Positions 19,512 to 29,420 of a stretch of 64,000 nucleotides of DNA are shown in pieces (the first letter of the stretch is position 1; the number at the start of each line of letters is the position of its first letter). The translations under genes and the position numbers were made by a program. The stretch is from an uncultured Verrucomicrobiae bacterium (GTDB lineage: Bacteria > Verrucomicrobiota > Verrucomicrobiia > Palsa-1439). The stretch spans positions 373,245 to 437,244 of the forward strand of contig CAWEWF010000005.1 of assembly GCA_963812605.1 (NCBI GenBank), read 5' to 3'. The notes below the pieces were generated by a model. It ran no database searches. It was not told the DNA's origin and saw only the letters and a list, made by a program, of their open reading frames with translations.

Positions 19512-21942
19512 GTGAAGAAGAAATTAGAATTGATTGCGCCGGCGGGGAATATGGAATGCGCGCGGGCGGCGGTGGCGAACGGCGCGGACGCGGTGTACTT
19601 CGGCCTGGAAAAATTCAATGCGCGGATGCGCGCGGACAATTTCACCGAGGAGCAGTTGCCGGGCTTGGTCCGCTTTCTGCACGAGCACGGCTTGCGGGCG
19701 TTCTGCACGGTCAACACGCTGATTTTTACGGACGAGTTGGCGGAGGCGGAGCGTGAGTTGATGCTGCTCGACCAAGCGGGCGTGGATGTGATCATCGTCC
19801 AGGACCTCGGGTTGGCGGTGCTGGCTCGTGAACTCGGTGTGCGAATGGACGTGCACGCCTCGACGCAGATGACGATCACATCGCCGGAGGGCGCTAAATT
19901 CGCTGCGCGTCTTGGCGTCAAGCGCGTGGTGTTGGCGCGGGAAGCGTCGATGAAGGAGATCGCAAGTTCGGCAACGAGCGCGGAGATCCCGGCGCTGGAG
20001 GTCTTTGTCCATGGAGCGCTCTGCGTGGCGTATTCGGGTCAATGCCTGACGAGTGAAGCGCTCGGGCAGCGCAGCGCCAACCGCGGTGAATGCGCGCAGG
20101 CTTGCCGTTTGCCGTATGAACTGGTCGTCGATGGCGCGGTGAAGGATTTGGGCGACCGACGCTACCTGCTCTCGCCGCAGGACCTCGCGGCAGTTCGTGA
20201 GATTCCTGAACTGATTCGTCTGGGTGTGACCGGTTTCAAGATCGAGGGGCGGCTCAAATCGCCGGAGTACGTCGCGGCGACTTGCCAGGTTTATCGCAAG
20301 GCCATTGACGCGGCCCTTGGCTCCCAGTCCACCACTCCCGACGAGGCGGACAAGTACAAGCTGGAAATGACGTTTTCCCGCGGTTTGTATTCGGGGTGGT
20401 TGCACGGCGTGAATCACCAGGAGTTGGTGCATGCCCGCTTCGGCAAGAAGCGCGGGCCATTCGTGGGGCCCATCAAACAAGTGGGCGCCGATCATGTCGA
20501 AGTGGACGCGCAGACGCCGTTGCAGGCTGGTGATGGCGTGGTGTTTGATAACGGCGGCGACACGGATCATGAACAGGGCGGACGCATCTGGGAGACACGG
20601 GGGAACAGCCTTTACTTCGAGCGAGGGCACATCGATTTTGGCAAGCTGAAGCCCGGCGACCGCGTGTGGAAAACCAGCGACCCGCAGCTCCAGCGTGAAT
20701 TGAAACGCACGTACAAGAACGATATTCGGCGCCCAAAAACCAGGATCGACCTGACGGTGAAGGGCGAGGTCGGGAAGGCCATGACGATCGAGGCGAACGG
20801 GGTGCGGGTCAATTCATCCATGGCTTTGCAGACGGCGTTTCGGCGGCCGTTGACGGAGAAATTGTTGCGCGAGCAACTGGGACGAATGGGGGAGACAAAT
20901 TTTGAGATGGGCGAGCTTCACAACAAGCTCGTCGGCCAGGCGATCCTGCCCGTGAGCGAGCTCAATCGCCTGCGGCGCGATCTGGTGGAGAAGATTGTTG
21001 CCGCGCTGGAGGCCGGGACCATCCCGCGGACGGGATTGACGTTCCGTCCTTCCTGAATTGCTCGCGAATATTCCCGAACGGCAGACGGCCGCAGCGACTC
21101 AACTTGTCGTCTTGTGTCGCACGATGGAACAACTGGCGGCGGCGCTCGATTCCGGTTGCGCGACTGTTTATGTGGATTTTGAAGATATTCGTCGCTACGA
21201 CGAGGCGGTGGCGTGCGTGCGAAAGCGGACGGGAGCACAGATATTTCTGGCAACACCACGGATTCAAAAGGCTGGCGAGCAGGGATTCTTCAAACTGATC
21301 AATGACTCCAGGCCGGATGGGGTGCTGATTCGCAACTTGGGCGGCCTGGACTATTTTCGCGAGAGCTCGCTGCGCAAGATTGGCGATTTCTCACTCAACG
21401 TTGCCAACCCGCTGGCCGCCGAGGTTCTCATGCGCGAGGGATTGGAACGCCTCACCGTTTCGTATGACCTCAATGCGCAGCAAGTCCTTGATCTGTTGCG
21501 CGCCGCATCACCCGACTGGTTTGAACTGACCGTTCATCAGCACCTGCCGATGTTTCATATGGAGCACTGCGTTTTTGCCGCGTTTCTTTCCAACGGCACC
21601 GACGCCTCCAATTGCGGGCGCCCTTGCGATAGTCATAACCTGAAACTGCGCGACCGCGTCGGTGTGGAACACCCGGTGAAGGCCGACGTGGGCTGTCGCA
21701 ACACCGTTTACCACGCGAAAGCGCAAAGCGGGGCCGATTACCTGCAATCGTTCCTGAAGGCCGGCGCCCGCGTGTTTCGTGTCGAACTCCTGGAAGAAGA
21801 TGCCGCGAAGACCCGTGCGATCGTGCAGGGCTACCGGGACTTGATCGACGGGACGGCCGCAGATTCATCCGCTTTGTTCCGCCGACTGAATGTGGTGAAA
21901 CAACTGGGCGTCACCAGCGGAACGCTCACCGTCTTGTCCTGA
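19512..21942 (+). CDS. U32 family peptidase-like protein (RlhA-like, with DUF3656), frameshifted near 21040
   Basis: ELIAPAG, GADAVYFG, HASTQM, EVFVHGALCVAYSGQC, SANRGECAQACR, KIEGRLKSPEY; second U32 domain downstream. Confidence 0.88.
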
Positions 21943-21953
21943 CCCGCCTGCCG

Positions 21954-23159
21954 CTACTCATCCTGGTCCATCTGGTCTGTGGGCGGGAGTTCCTTCCGAT
22001 GGGTCAGGAAAAATGCGCCGCCGACAATGCTCCAGAACAGCGACGCGAGATAGCCCAGCAACGACATCACCAGCGCCACTGGCTCCGCCACGCCGACCTC
22101 GTGAAACATCTTGATGTACATGCCCTCGCGCACACCAAAACCCGAAATGGTGATCGGCACGGCCGTCACGGAATTAATGATCGGCAGGTAGAGAAAGTAG
22201 TCGGTGAAACTCGCGGAGGTAACTCCCAAACCACGGCCCACGCACCAGATGCTGAGCATGGAGAAGAAGTGGACGACAAATGAGATCACCAGCGTCTTGG
22301 TCAGAATCACCGGATGAGAGGCGTAGACGCGATACGCGTCCACCATGCGTCGCATCGTGGCGTAATGCGGCATCCGCTGCAGCCACGACCGTAATCCCGG
22401 AAGCTTGTCCGCAAATCCGCGCCATAAACCAACGACCGTGCCGACAACCGTAAACACCACCACGCCGAGCGTCGCCATCGAGAACCAGTACAGCTTGGGG
22501 TCATTGAACACGCGCGTGTGGTACAGCGCCATCATGAACAGCGCGATGACGAACAGCGCCAACAACCCGATCAACCGGTCAACGACGACCGTCGCGATCG
22601 CCTCGGCTTTTTTATGATGCGTCTCGTGCGCCACGTACCAGGCCTTGATCACATCGCCGCCTGTCGACCCGAGCATGAACGCATTGAAGAACAGCCCGAT
22701 AAATGAAATCGAAAAGAGCCGCGAGAATTTTACCTCCAGCCCCTGCACATGCAAAATCCACTGCCACCGGAGAATACCGAGAAGGGCCGGCATTCCCGCG
22801 CAGATAACGGCAGCCGCCAACCACAAGGCGCTGATTTTCCGCAGCGCTTCCCACAAGGCCCGCGGGCCGATGGTCCAGACAAGTGGAAAACGCTCGGACC
22901 AAGTGAGGTTCTTGAGGTTGACAGTCGGAACAACTTTTTCTTCCACTTGCTCTTGCACGATGCCCTTGGCGCGCACGAGTTCCACTTGATCCGGACGAAG
23001 GCGCAGATCATGGGCCAGATCGGCGACGCTCGCATTGGGTGAGTCGGCGATCTTCCCCAAGGTCTGCGTCACTTCTTTTTGGAAAATGCCGTTGAACAGG
23101 TAGGCGAGAATGCCCACGCTGACCACCACCCGCACCAACGCGCCGAGTTTTTTCTTCAT
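21954..23159 (-). CDS. Lysylphosphatidylglycerol synthase TM (flippase-like) protein
   Basis: RWQWIL, IGLFFNAFM.GSTGGDVIKA, VVDRLIGL, PITISGFGVRE. Confidence 0.85.
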   Translation of the reverse strand: MKKKLGALVRVVVSVGILAYLFNGIFQKEVTQTLGKIADSPNASVADLAHDLRLRPDQVELVRAKGIVQEQVEEKVVPTVNLKNLTWSERFPLVWTIGPRALWEALRKISALWLAAAVICAGMPALLGILRWQWILHVQGLEVKFSRLFSISFIGLFFNAFMLGSTGGDVIKAWYVAHETHHKKAEAIATVVVDRLIGLLALFVIALFMMALYHTRVFNDPKLYWFSMATLGVVVFTVVGTVVGLWRGFADKLPGLRSWLQRMPHYATMRRMVDAYRVYASHPVILTKTLVISFVVHFFSMLSIWCVGRGLGVTSASFTDYFLYLPIINSVTAVPITISGFGVREGMYIKMFHEVGVAEPVALVMSLLGYLASLFWSIVGGAFFLTHRKELPPTDQMDQDE

Positions 23160-24079
23160 ACAGTGACAGGCTTTCTCAGCAAGTCGTGCACCCGTTTCAG
23201 GTTTTTAACGATTTGGTCCGGCTTCCATTCGGGATGAATTTCCCAAGCCAATACCATGTCATCAGTCACGAACGGCGCCAGCCGGCCAAAATCAAACGTC
23301 CCAAATCCCGGCGGCTGATGGTCTTCGGCGGGTGGAGAAAAATCCTGCAAGTGCATTCCTGCTGTCCGCCCGCGGAACCGCCCCAGGATGGTTTCCAGGT
23401 GCATCAGGCCCAGCGTTTCCTTCACCGCCGCGTGCCCCACGTCGTGCCAGTACAGGATCGACTCGGTGCCGAATCGCTTCAGGATCTCCTCCGCCTCGAT
23501 CTCCGTCGGGATTTCTTCAATGCCGAAACGCGTTTCCATCCCGAGCTTCACGTTCACTTCCTTCGCGTGCGGCAAGACCTCCTCCAACGTCCGATAGACC
23601 TGCTCAAGATGCTTTTGGCGCTTCTTATCGCGCATGGTTTGCGCCTTGTCTCGCAACCGCTGGAACTTCGGCGTCTCGCCGCGACCATCCGCGCACAACC
23701 CCAGCAGCCGCATCGTGTAATCCCGCATCGGCACCCGGCCCAGGTGCAGCACCACCGCCTTCGCGCCGAGCGTCGCTGCGCAATCGATCGTCCGCAACGT
23801 GTGCCGCACCGCGCACTGCCGCTCATCCTCGTCCCGCGAGCTGGGTAAATAATAATCCGGTGCCGACCCCATCACGCCGAGGGGCAGGGGACAAAAATTG
23901 TGGAGGGAACAAATCTTGATCTCGCCCGCCGCCACCGCCTGCAGCACGCCGTCCAGAAGCGACAGCCGCGTGCCGTGCCCCAACTCGGCGTACTCAAACC
24001 CGAGCGCGCGCACTTCATTGACCATCGCGCGCCCGTCCGTATGGCGCTGGGAATTCCAGCAAGTTGAAAAGGCGAACAT
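23156..24079 (-). CDS. Sugar phosphate isomerase/epimerase family (TIM barrel)
   Basis: SLHNFCP, VVLHLG, GMETR, WHDVGHA, HLQD. Confidence 0.8.
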   Translation of the reverse strand: MFAFSTCWNSQRHTDGRAMVNEVRALGFEYAELGHGTRLSLLDGVLQAVAAGEIKICSLHNFCPLPLGVMGSAPDYYLPSSRDEDERQCAVRHTLRTIDCAATLGAKAVVLHLGRVPMRDYTMRLLGLCADGRGETPKFQRLRDKAQTMRDKKRQKHLEQVYRTLEEVLPHAKEVNVKLGMETRFGIEEIPTEIEAEEILKRFGTESILYWHDVGHAAVKETLGLMHLETILGRFRGRTAGMHLQDFSPPAEDHQPPGFGTFDFGRLAPFVTDDMVLAWEIHPEWKPDQIVKNLKRVHDLLRKPVTV

Positions 24080-24108
24080 GAATTGAAGGGGCCAGCCCAA
24101 AAATTGTC

Positions 24109-24140
24109 GGGGCCAGCGTGCGCATCGCGGCGCTGGCCCC
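24109..24140 (-). terminator. Hairpin downstream of rpsU
   Basis: GGGGCCAGCG...CGCTGGCCCC 10-bp stem. Confidence 0.5.
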
Positions 24141-24159
24141 GCTGATTGTCTATGCTCGT

Positions 24160-24336
24160 TTAGAATCCGATGAAGGTGCGAGGCCCACGGGCTTTACGCC
24201 GACGCTTCTCGCTCGGCTTCTCGTAGTGACGATGGGCCCGCGCCTCACGCAAAGTCCCCTCGCGATCCAGCTTCTTCTTCAGCCGGCGCAGGGCCTTTTC
24301 CACAGGCTCACCTTTTTTTAGTCTGACTTCTGACAA
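24160..24336 (-). CDS. rpsU: 30S ribosomal protein S21 (absent from ORF track)
   Basis: TTG start; [48 protein letters not shown]. Confidence 0.95.
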   Translation of the reverse strand: MSEVRLKKGEPVEKALRRLKKKLDREGTLREARAHRHYEKPSEKRRRKARGPRTFIGF

Positions 24337-24419
24337 TTCCGATTCACACCCCTCTCAAACGCTTCTGCCCCGCATACTTACGTGAGACAAGAACTCTCAG
24401 CGTTACGAAAACTCCGCCC

Positions 24420-24448
24420 ATCATAACCGCCCCACCACGCCCTGTCAA
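24420..24448 (-). promoter_or_regulatory. Sigma70 promoter of rpsU
   Basis: TTGACA-N17-TATGAT on minus strand. Confidence 0.75.
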
Positions 24449-24604
24449 TGCACACTCAAATTTGGCACTTCCCGCGTTGAACAGGCGTCCCGCCTGTTGG
24501 AGAGGGTTCGCCCCCAAGCAAATGCGGGAGCGACCTCAGCGTCGCGACTCCAGCCGTCTCCTTCCCAATTCCCTATTGAAAGTTGCGCGTTCAGCGTTGA
24601 ATGT

Positions 24605-25115
24605 TGGACGTTGATCCGTTCCCACCCCCTCTCTTGCGGCCTCATTTGGGTTCGTTTTCCGGAAACGAACCCAAATAAAAACTCGCCTTCTAAAGTGCTA
24701 ACCCTTTATCCCCATGATGGATGCGCACAAAAGTCCGCGTCGGCAATTTGGGTTCGTTTCGCAGAAAGCATGTTTTGTAAGCCCCCATTTTTCCACCAGG
24801 CTTCTCGCGCCGACGTGTCCGCCAGAGCTTTAGCACGGTGGAAGCGGCCTCGCGAAGGCGGATCTGATTTTCCGCTCTGCGCTCCCCGCTTTCCCTCTCT
24901 CCCAATGTCAAAGAACCGCCCCGACTATACCCCTCTTGCCACACCGCGTCCAGCAAAATTATCGTAAAACGATATATGATCCGCCCTGCCCATTCTAGCT
25001 ACGCTTCTGTGAAGCGCAGGCCTGTCTTCGTCCGCGATCGGTCCGCTTTGTAGGCCGCGTGCCCCCACGCGGCGCGGATTCGGGTGCGCCACCTCCCTCC
25101 GTCGAGGCGTCCGTC
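24605..25115 (-). repeat. Copy B of ~500-bp dispersed non-coding element (candidate ncRNA unit)
   Basis: TATCGT-N3-ACGATA 24960-24974; TGGACG-N17-TATAGT 24952-24924; GCGGTTCTTTGACA 24919-24906; 14-bp arms at 24746-24759, 24663-24676, 24644-24657. Confidence 0.8.
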
Positions 25116-25129
25116 TTGATTTCCAGCCC

Positions 25130-25415
25130 GTAAATCTCCTCTCCCCTTGGGGGAGAGGATTGAGGTGAGGGGTATTCGTGTCACCAGGAAGGCAAGCCTC
25201 GCCCCATTGTAGGGCGCGCGGCCCGCGTGCCGTCGTCCTCCGCCTGCTTTTCCGATCCTGTCACCCTGAGCGAGGCGAAGGGTATTGCCCGCCAGCATGG
25301 AACCCATACAAATAATAGAGGACGGCCCAGCCACACATTTTTCTCTGCCTCCGCCCGGAATCTCTCAATCCGCCATCCCCGTCCCATTGTAGCCGCAGGC
25401 TTCAGCCTGCGTGCA
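25130..25415. repeat. Cluster of unrelated REP-like hairpins
   Basis: CTCTCCCC-TT-GGGGGAGAGG..GTGAGGGG (reverse-complement match at 17728-17763), TGTAGGGCGCGCGG.., TGTCACCCTGAGCGAGGCGAAGGG, TGTAGCCGCAGGCTTCAGCCTGCG. Confidence 0.65.
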
Positions 25416-25775
25416 CTCAATTCAATGACGAAAAACAGGAAGTGTGACAAAAAATTTGGCACACCTAGAAAGAATTTTGGCACAGTTGGAGCAATTTGGC
25501 ACGACTGCTAATGAGCCGCGCGGGACCGATTCAATTTATTTAACATTCGATTGCGGAACTCGCATTAGATCGCGTGTACACTCCGGTTCCTGATGATATA
25601 ACCCTTGTAGGGTTATAGAGTGCTTATGGTCGGAGTGCAACTCTCATATAACCATGCTGATCAGCAAGGCCGGTACGATCCATTGGCATATCCAATGCAG
25701 TATCCCGCGCCCAACGCCGCTGTGACACACATGGTGTGGGGCCTGTGGCAGTAGCACATGGGAAATTGAGCATCC

Positions 25776-27134
25776 ATGAATAGTATCATTTTAGCCGAGT
25801 CTGATCTTCGAAACTTGATGTTCATCAGCTATGGTTACGAGGATCAGGTGTTCGCGAAGTGGTTGGCTCGGAAACTGGCGTTCTATGGTTACGGCGTCTG
25901 GATCGACCAAATTGAAATTCTTGGCGGGGAGTCGTGGGTTAAAGACGTTGATCTAGCTATTAAGGACCGCTCCTTTCGTGTGCTAGGGCTTCTCTCCAAG
26001 GCCTCCATTGGGAAGGACAATCCGCGAAAAGAGCGTACACTTGCACTTCAGTTGGGTAAACAGCGCGACACGGATGACTTTCTGATTACTTTGAACCTCG
26101 ATGGCGCTCAGCCGGATTGGTCGATATCGGATATCTCGTGGATTTCATTTCGGGAAAGCTGGGCGGATGGCCTGCGCCGGCTTCTAAAGAAGCTCGAATC
26201 GTTGCACGCGCCGAGGATTCATGCAGGGAATTCGGCCATCGCGAAGGCGGCGTTGGAACGAGGTGCTTCGTTATTGTCGAAAAAAACAGAAGCTCTCACG
26301 ACGAATTGGATACCATTCGTTCAGGTGCCCGAAACCCTTCAGGTATTCGACACGTTGGGCCTGAGCAAAGAACAGGGACAGGCCTGTTATGATCTCTGGC
26401 CACACTGTCGGCTCGAATCTGGAAGAGCGGCAGCCTTTTCACCTCCTCCAGCTGAGTTCACGAGACTTGTGAAACAGACCAAAGAGGTTGTCCACTGGCC
26501 ATCCTTTGATTCGATCCATGGCACGTCGGCGCACAACATCGTATCTCGGCTTTTGAACCGCTCTGTCCATTTGTGGCTTATTCGAGCGGGCTGCGTCCTC
26601 ACTGCTGACTACCGCACGTACTATTTGCCCGATCCGTTTCGAGGAGAATCCATCTTCCGCTTCAAGGATGTGGACGACAAACAGGTTTACATCAGAGTCG
26701 CGGGCTGCATTCGGCTTTACCGGCCTAATTCCGTGCCGGAAGAAGTCATTCACCACCCAGCGGTTAGCTATGTGATTCGCAAGACGGATTTAGGAAGTTT
26801 CGTAATTCAGCTTCGTCCCGGAGTGGCTTTGTTCGATGGGGCGCATAAACCCATCGTGGGTAGAAAAGTTGGCCCGCGAACCAAGAAAGTCACGCGATCT
26901 TACTTCAATGACAAATGGCGCAAACGATTGATGGCGTTTTCGCAATTGCTCGCGCAATCGGCGAGCGAAGACAAGGAAACAACTTTGCGGCTCGGAACAC
27001 TTATTACTTTGACCACCGATTGGTGTCTGGATGAAACATCCCTCTCGGTCACGGCAACTGCTGAGGTTGAGGAGCCGGCTCAGGTCGATGTGCAGGTCAG
27101 CGCGGAAGAGATGGAGGAATTACAGGATGAGTAA
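25776..27134 (+). CDS. TIR-APAZ effector of a SPARTA-type short pAgo system
   Basis: N-terminal TIR (FISY..ED..FAKWLARKL..YGVWID..GGESW..RKE catalytic Glu); C-terminal RSYFNDKWRKRL typical of APAZ; coupled to pAgo. Confidence 0.88.
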   Translation: MNSIILAESDLRNLMFISYGYEDQVFAKWLARKLAFYGYGVWIDQIEILGGESWVKDVDLAIKDRSFRVLGLLSKASIGKDNPRKERTLALQLGKQRDTDDFLITLNLDGAQPDWSISDISWISFRESWADGLRRLLKKLESLHAPRIHAGNSAIAKAALERGASLLSKKTEALTTNWIPFVQVPETLQVFDTLGLSKEQGQACYDLWPHCRLESGRAAAFSPPPAEFTRLVKQTKEVVHWPSFDSIHGTSAHNIVSRLLNRSVHLWLIRAGCVLTADYRTYYLPDPFRGESIFRFKDVDDKQVYIRVAGCIRLYRPNSVPEEVIHHPAVSYVIRKTDLGSFVIQLRPGVALFDGAHKPIVGRKVGPRTKKVTRSYFNDKWRKRLMAFSQLLAQSASEDKETTLRLGTLITLTTDWCLDETSLSVTATAEVEEPAQVDVQVSAEEMEELQDE

Positions 27135-28631
27135 GGCATTTCCGAATGTTGAGCTTTTGCCCGAGCCTGAACTGGAATTCGCCTCGCGGCAGCAAATCGA
27201 GCATCCAGTTTCGGGGCTAGGACTGTTCGGTCCGGTAGACAGCAACGGAATCGAGAAGCCAAACCGCATCAATTACGCCGTTATCGGTCGACCTGATGGC
27301 ATTGTCGAGTTCAGTGCGTTTGCGGCGCGGCTAAATTCGCCGATTGATCCTCCACCTGAACGAAGTGAAATCCTCTGGCCGCATTACCCGGGTTTCGAGG
27401 AAGCGATGCACGCTGTATTTCCGAAATCCGCGCCGCTGTCTGAACCGCTGGATTCGAGAGAAATAGGAGTGCAGTTAATCAAGGCGATGACCACAAGAGA
27501 GTGTTCGATGTTACAAGTCTGTATCTCCACGCAATCCAGGCGCTCGCACGAAAGGACACCGCCATTGACGTGACGATCTGTGTGGTGCCTGAAATCATTT
27601 ACACGAATTGCCGATCACTATCGAAAGTCTCGAATGGGACGGGAAAGCGGCTTTCGGGGAAGGAGGTCAGACTCCGAAGGCAGACAGCCGATCTCTTCGG
27701 CGGATATGATTCTGAGCAGTATGATTTTTCATTGGACTTTCGTCGCCAAATTAAGGCACGCGCCATGGAGTGCAAGATGCCGATTCAGATTGTACGGGAA
27801 TCTACCCTGAATCTATCGAACGAAGCGCCACCATGGGGGCAGCGCGTTTTGACTCCATTATCTGACCGGGCGTGGAATTTGTCTACGGCGCTCTATTACA
27901 AGAGCGGCCGGAAACCTTGGAAACTTCCAAGCGCGCGGGATGGAGTTTGCTATGTGGGTATCGCATTCAAGCGAACCGATGAAAGCGGGCGAACCGCTTG
28001 CAGCGCTGCGCAGATGTTTCTGGATGACGGAGACGGAATTGTCTTCCTGGGTGATTACGGCCCATGGTATTCCCCGGATTCCAAGCAGTGTCATCTTACG
28101 CGTTCCGCTGCACAAAGGCTTCTCGCGGGTGTGCTCAAGACCTATGAGGAGCAGCACGGGAAGACACTACGCGAAGTGTTCTTGCATTGCCGCTCTACAA
28201 TTGATGAGGAAGAATGGTGTGGCTACCAGGAAGCTTGCCCAAAGGGCGTGAAGCTGGTGGGAATTCGTGTTGCTCCCGACCGGCGAGGGCTTCGTGCTTA
28301 CCGCGGTGGCACACGTCCAGTTGTTCGCGGCACTTTTTGGAAAGCCTCAGTGCGGGCGGGTTACCTTTGGGCATCAGGGTTTAAACCGGTCTTGAGAACC
28401 TACGATGGATGGGATGTTCCCGAACCGCTGCGTATTGAGATTCAGCACGGGGATGCGGACATCAGGCAGGTCGCTGTCGATATTTTTGCTCTAACCAAGT
28501 TGAATTACAATGCATGCAAGCTCGGTGAGAGCCAACCTGTAACCGTGCATTTCTCAGATGCGGTTGGAGAAATCCTAGTTGCCAACCAAGGGGCAAAGAC
28601 CTTTTTGCCAAATTTCAAATACTACGTGTGA
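27127..28631 (+). CDS. Short prokaryotic Argonaute (MID-PIWI, catalytically inactive), frameshifted near 27466
   Basis: LPEPELEF, GLGLFGP, DFRRQIKAR, QIVRESTL, AWNLSTALYYKSG.KPWKL, CYVGIAFK, LTKLNYNAC, PVTVHFSDAVGEIL, FKYYV. Confidence 0.92.
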
Positions 28632-28661
28632 AAATGCGTTCTGGTGCGACCTTCACATCGG

Positions 28662-29399
28662 TCACTTGCTCTCCGCCACCCGCGCACTCGCATTCGACTT
28701 CACCAATTCCGCAAACGGCGCCAGCAACTGCTGGTCGTCGGCGGACATTTGTCCAATGTCATCGAGGAGTTTCTGCGGGTCGGATTGCGCTTTTTCGCTC
28801 AACTGGACCGGGTTGCGGATCACCTTCGCGAAATGCTTGTCCACCGTTCCGCGCAGGAACACGGAGAACATCTGGGCCATTGTCGCGAGCACCGCGTTGT
28901 CCACCTTCACAAAGGCCGCGCGCGTGTACTCGATCTCGTCACCTGACTTGGCGCGATAATCCACGATCGCCACGCCGCGTCCGCTCGCGTCGAACAGTCC
29001 ATGCTGCGTGCCGGCCACGTAGATGACGCGTTTGCCGTCGCTGGCGTAAATGTTGACCATGAAACCCGCCGCGCCGTCGTGGTCGTCCGCGTGCAGCCAT
29101 CCCTCCGCGTCCCGCGTTGCGCGATATGTGATCAATCCTTCCTTCTCCGCCAGCGCCGAACAGGAGTCCATGTGATCGAACAAATACTCGAACACCGGGA
29201 TCTGCGCCTTGAATGCCTCCGCCGGATACTCGCAATGCAAAGTCGGATGGTCCGTCGCCTCATGCGCCAGGGCGCGGTTCGTCACGGTCATCGACTCGAA
29301 GGGAATCAAACGTAAAGCGACCGGGTCATCCTCCGCGCGCACAGGAATCGCGCATAAGATGAAAAGGAATACCCACGTAGCGCCAACCAACCGCCTCAT
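28662..29399 (-). CDS. Hypothetical exported protein
   Basis: Signal peptide ending VRA; host-like codon usage; directly downstream of uvrC. Confidence 0.7.
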   Translation of the reverse strand: MRRLVGATWVFLFILCAIPVRAEDDPVALRLIPFESMTVTNRALAHEATDHPTLHCEYPAEAFKAQIPVFEYLFDHMDSCSALAEKEGLITYRATRDAEGWLHADDHDGAAGFMVNIYASDGKRVIYVAGTQHGLFDASGRGVAIVDYRAKSGDEIEYTRAAFVKVDNAVLATMAQMFSVFLRGTVDKHFAKVIRNPVQLSEKAQSDPQKLLDDIGQMSADDQQLLAPFAELVKSNASARVAESK

Positions 29400-29420
29400 A
29401 CCGCAACCGTACGACAGCCC

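Noticed and set aside
25538-25566. dif-like site (ATTTAACAT) upstream of SPARTA
   Set aside because: Only part of the XerD arm matches; no XerC arm at the required spacing
27455-27500. Programmed frameshift or true split of pAgo
   Set aside because: No slippery run; similar single indels in murJ, miaB, waaF and kduD indicate sequencing error
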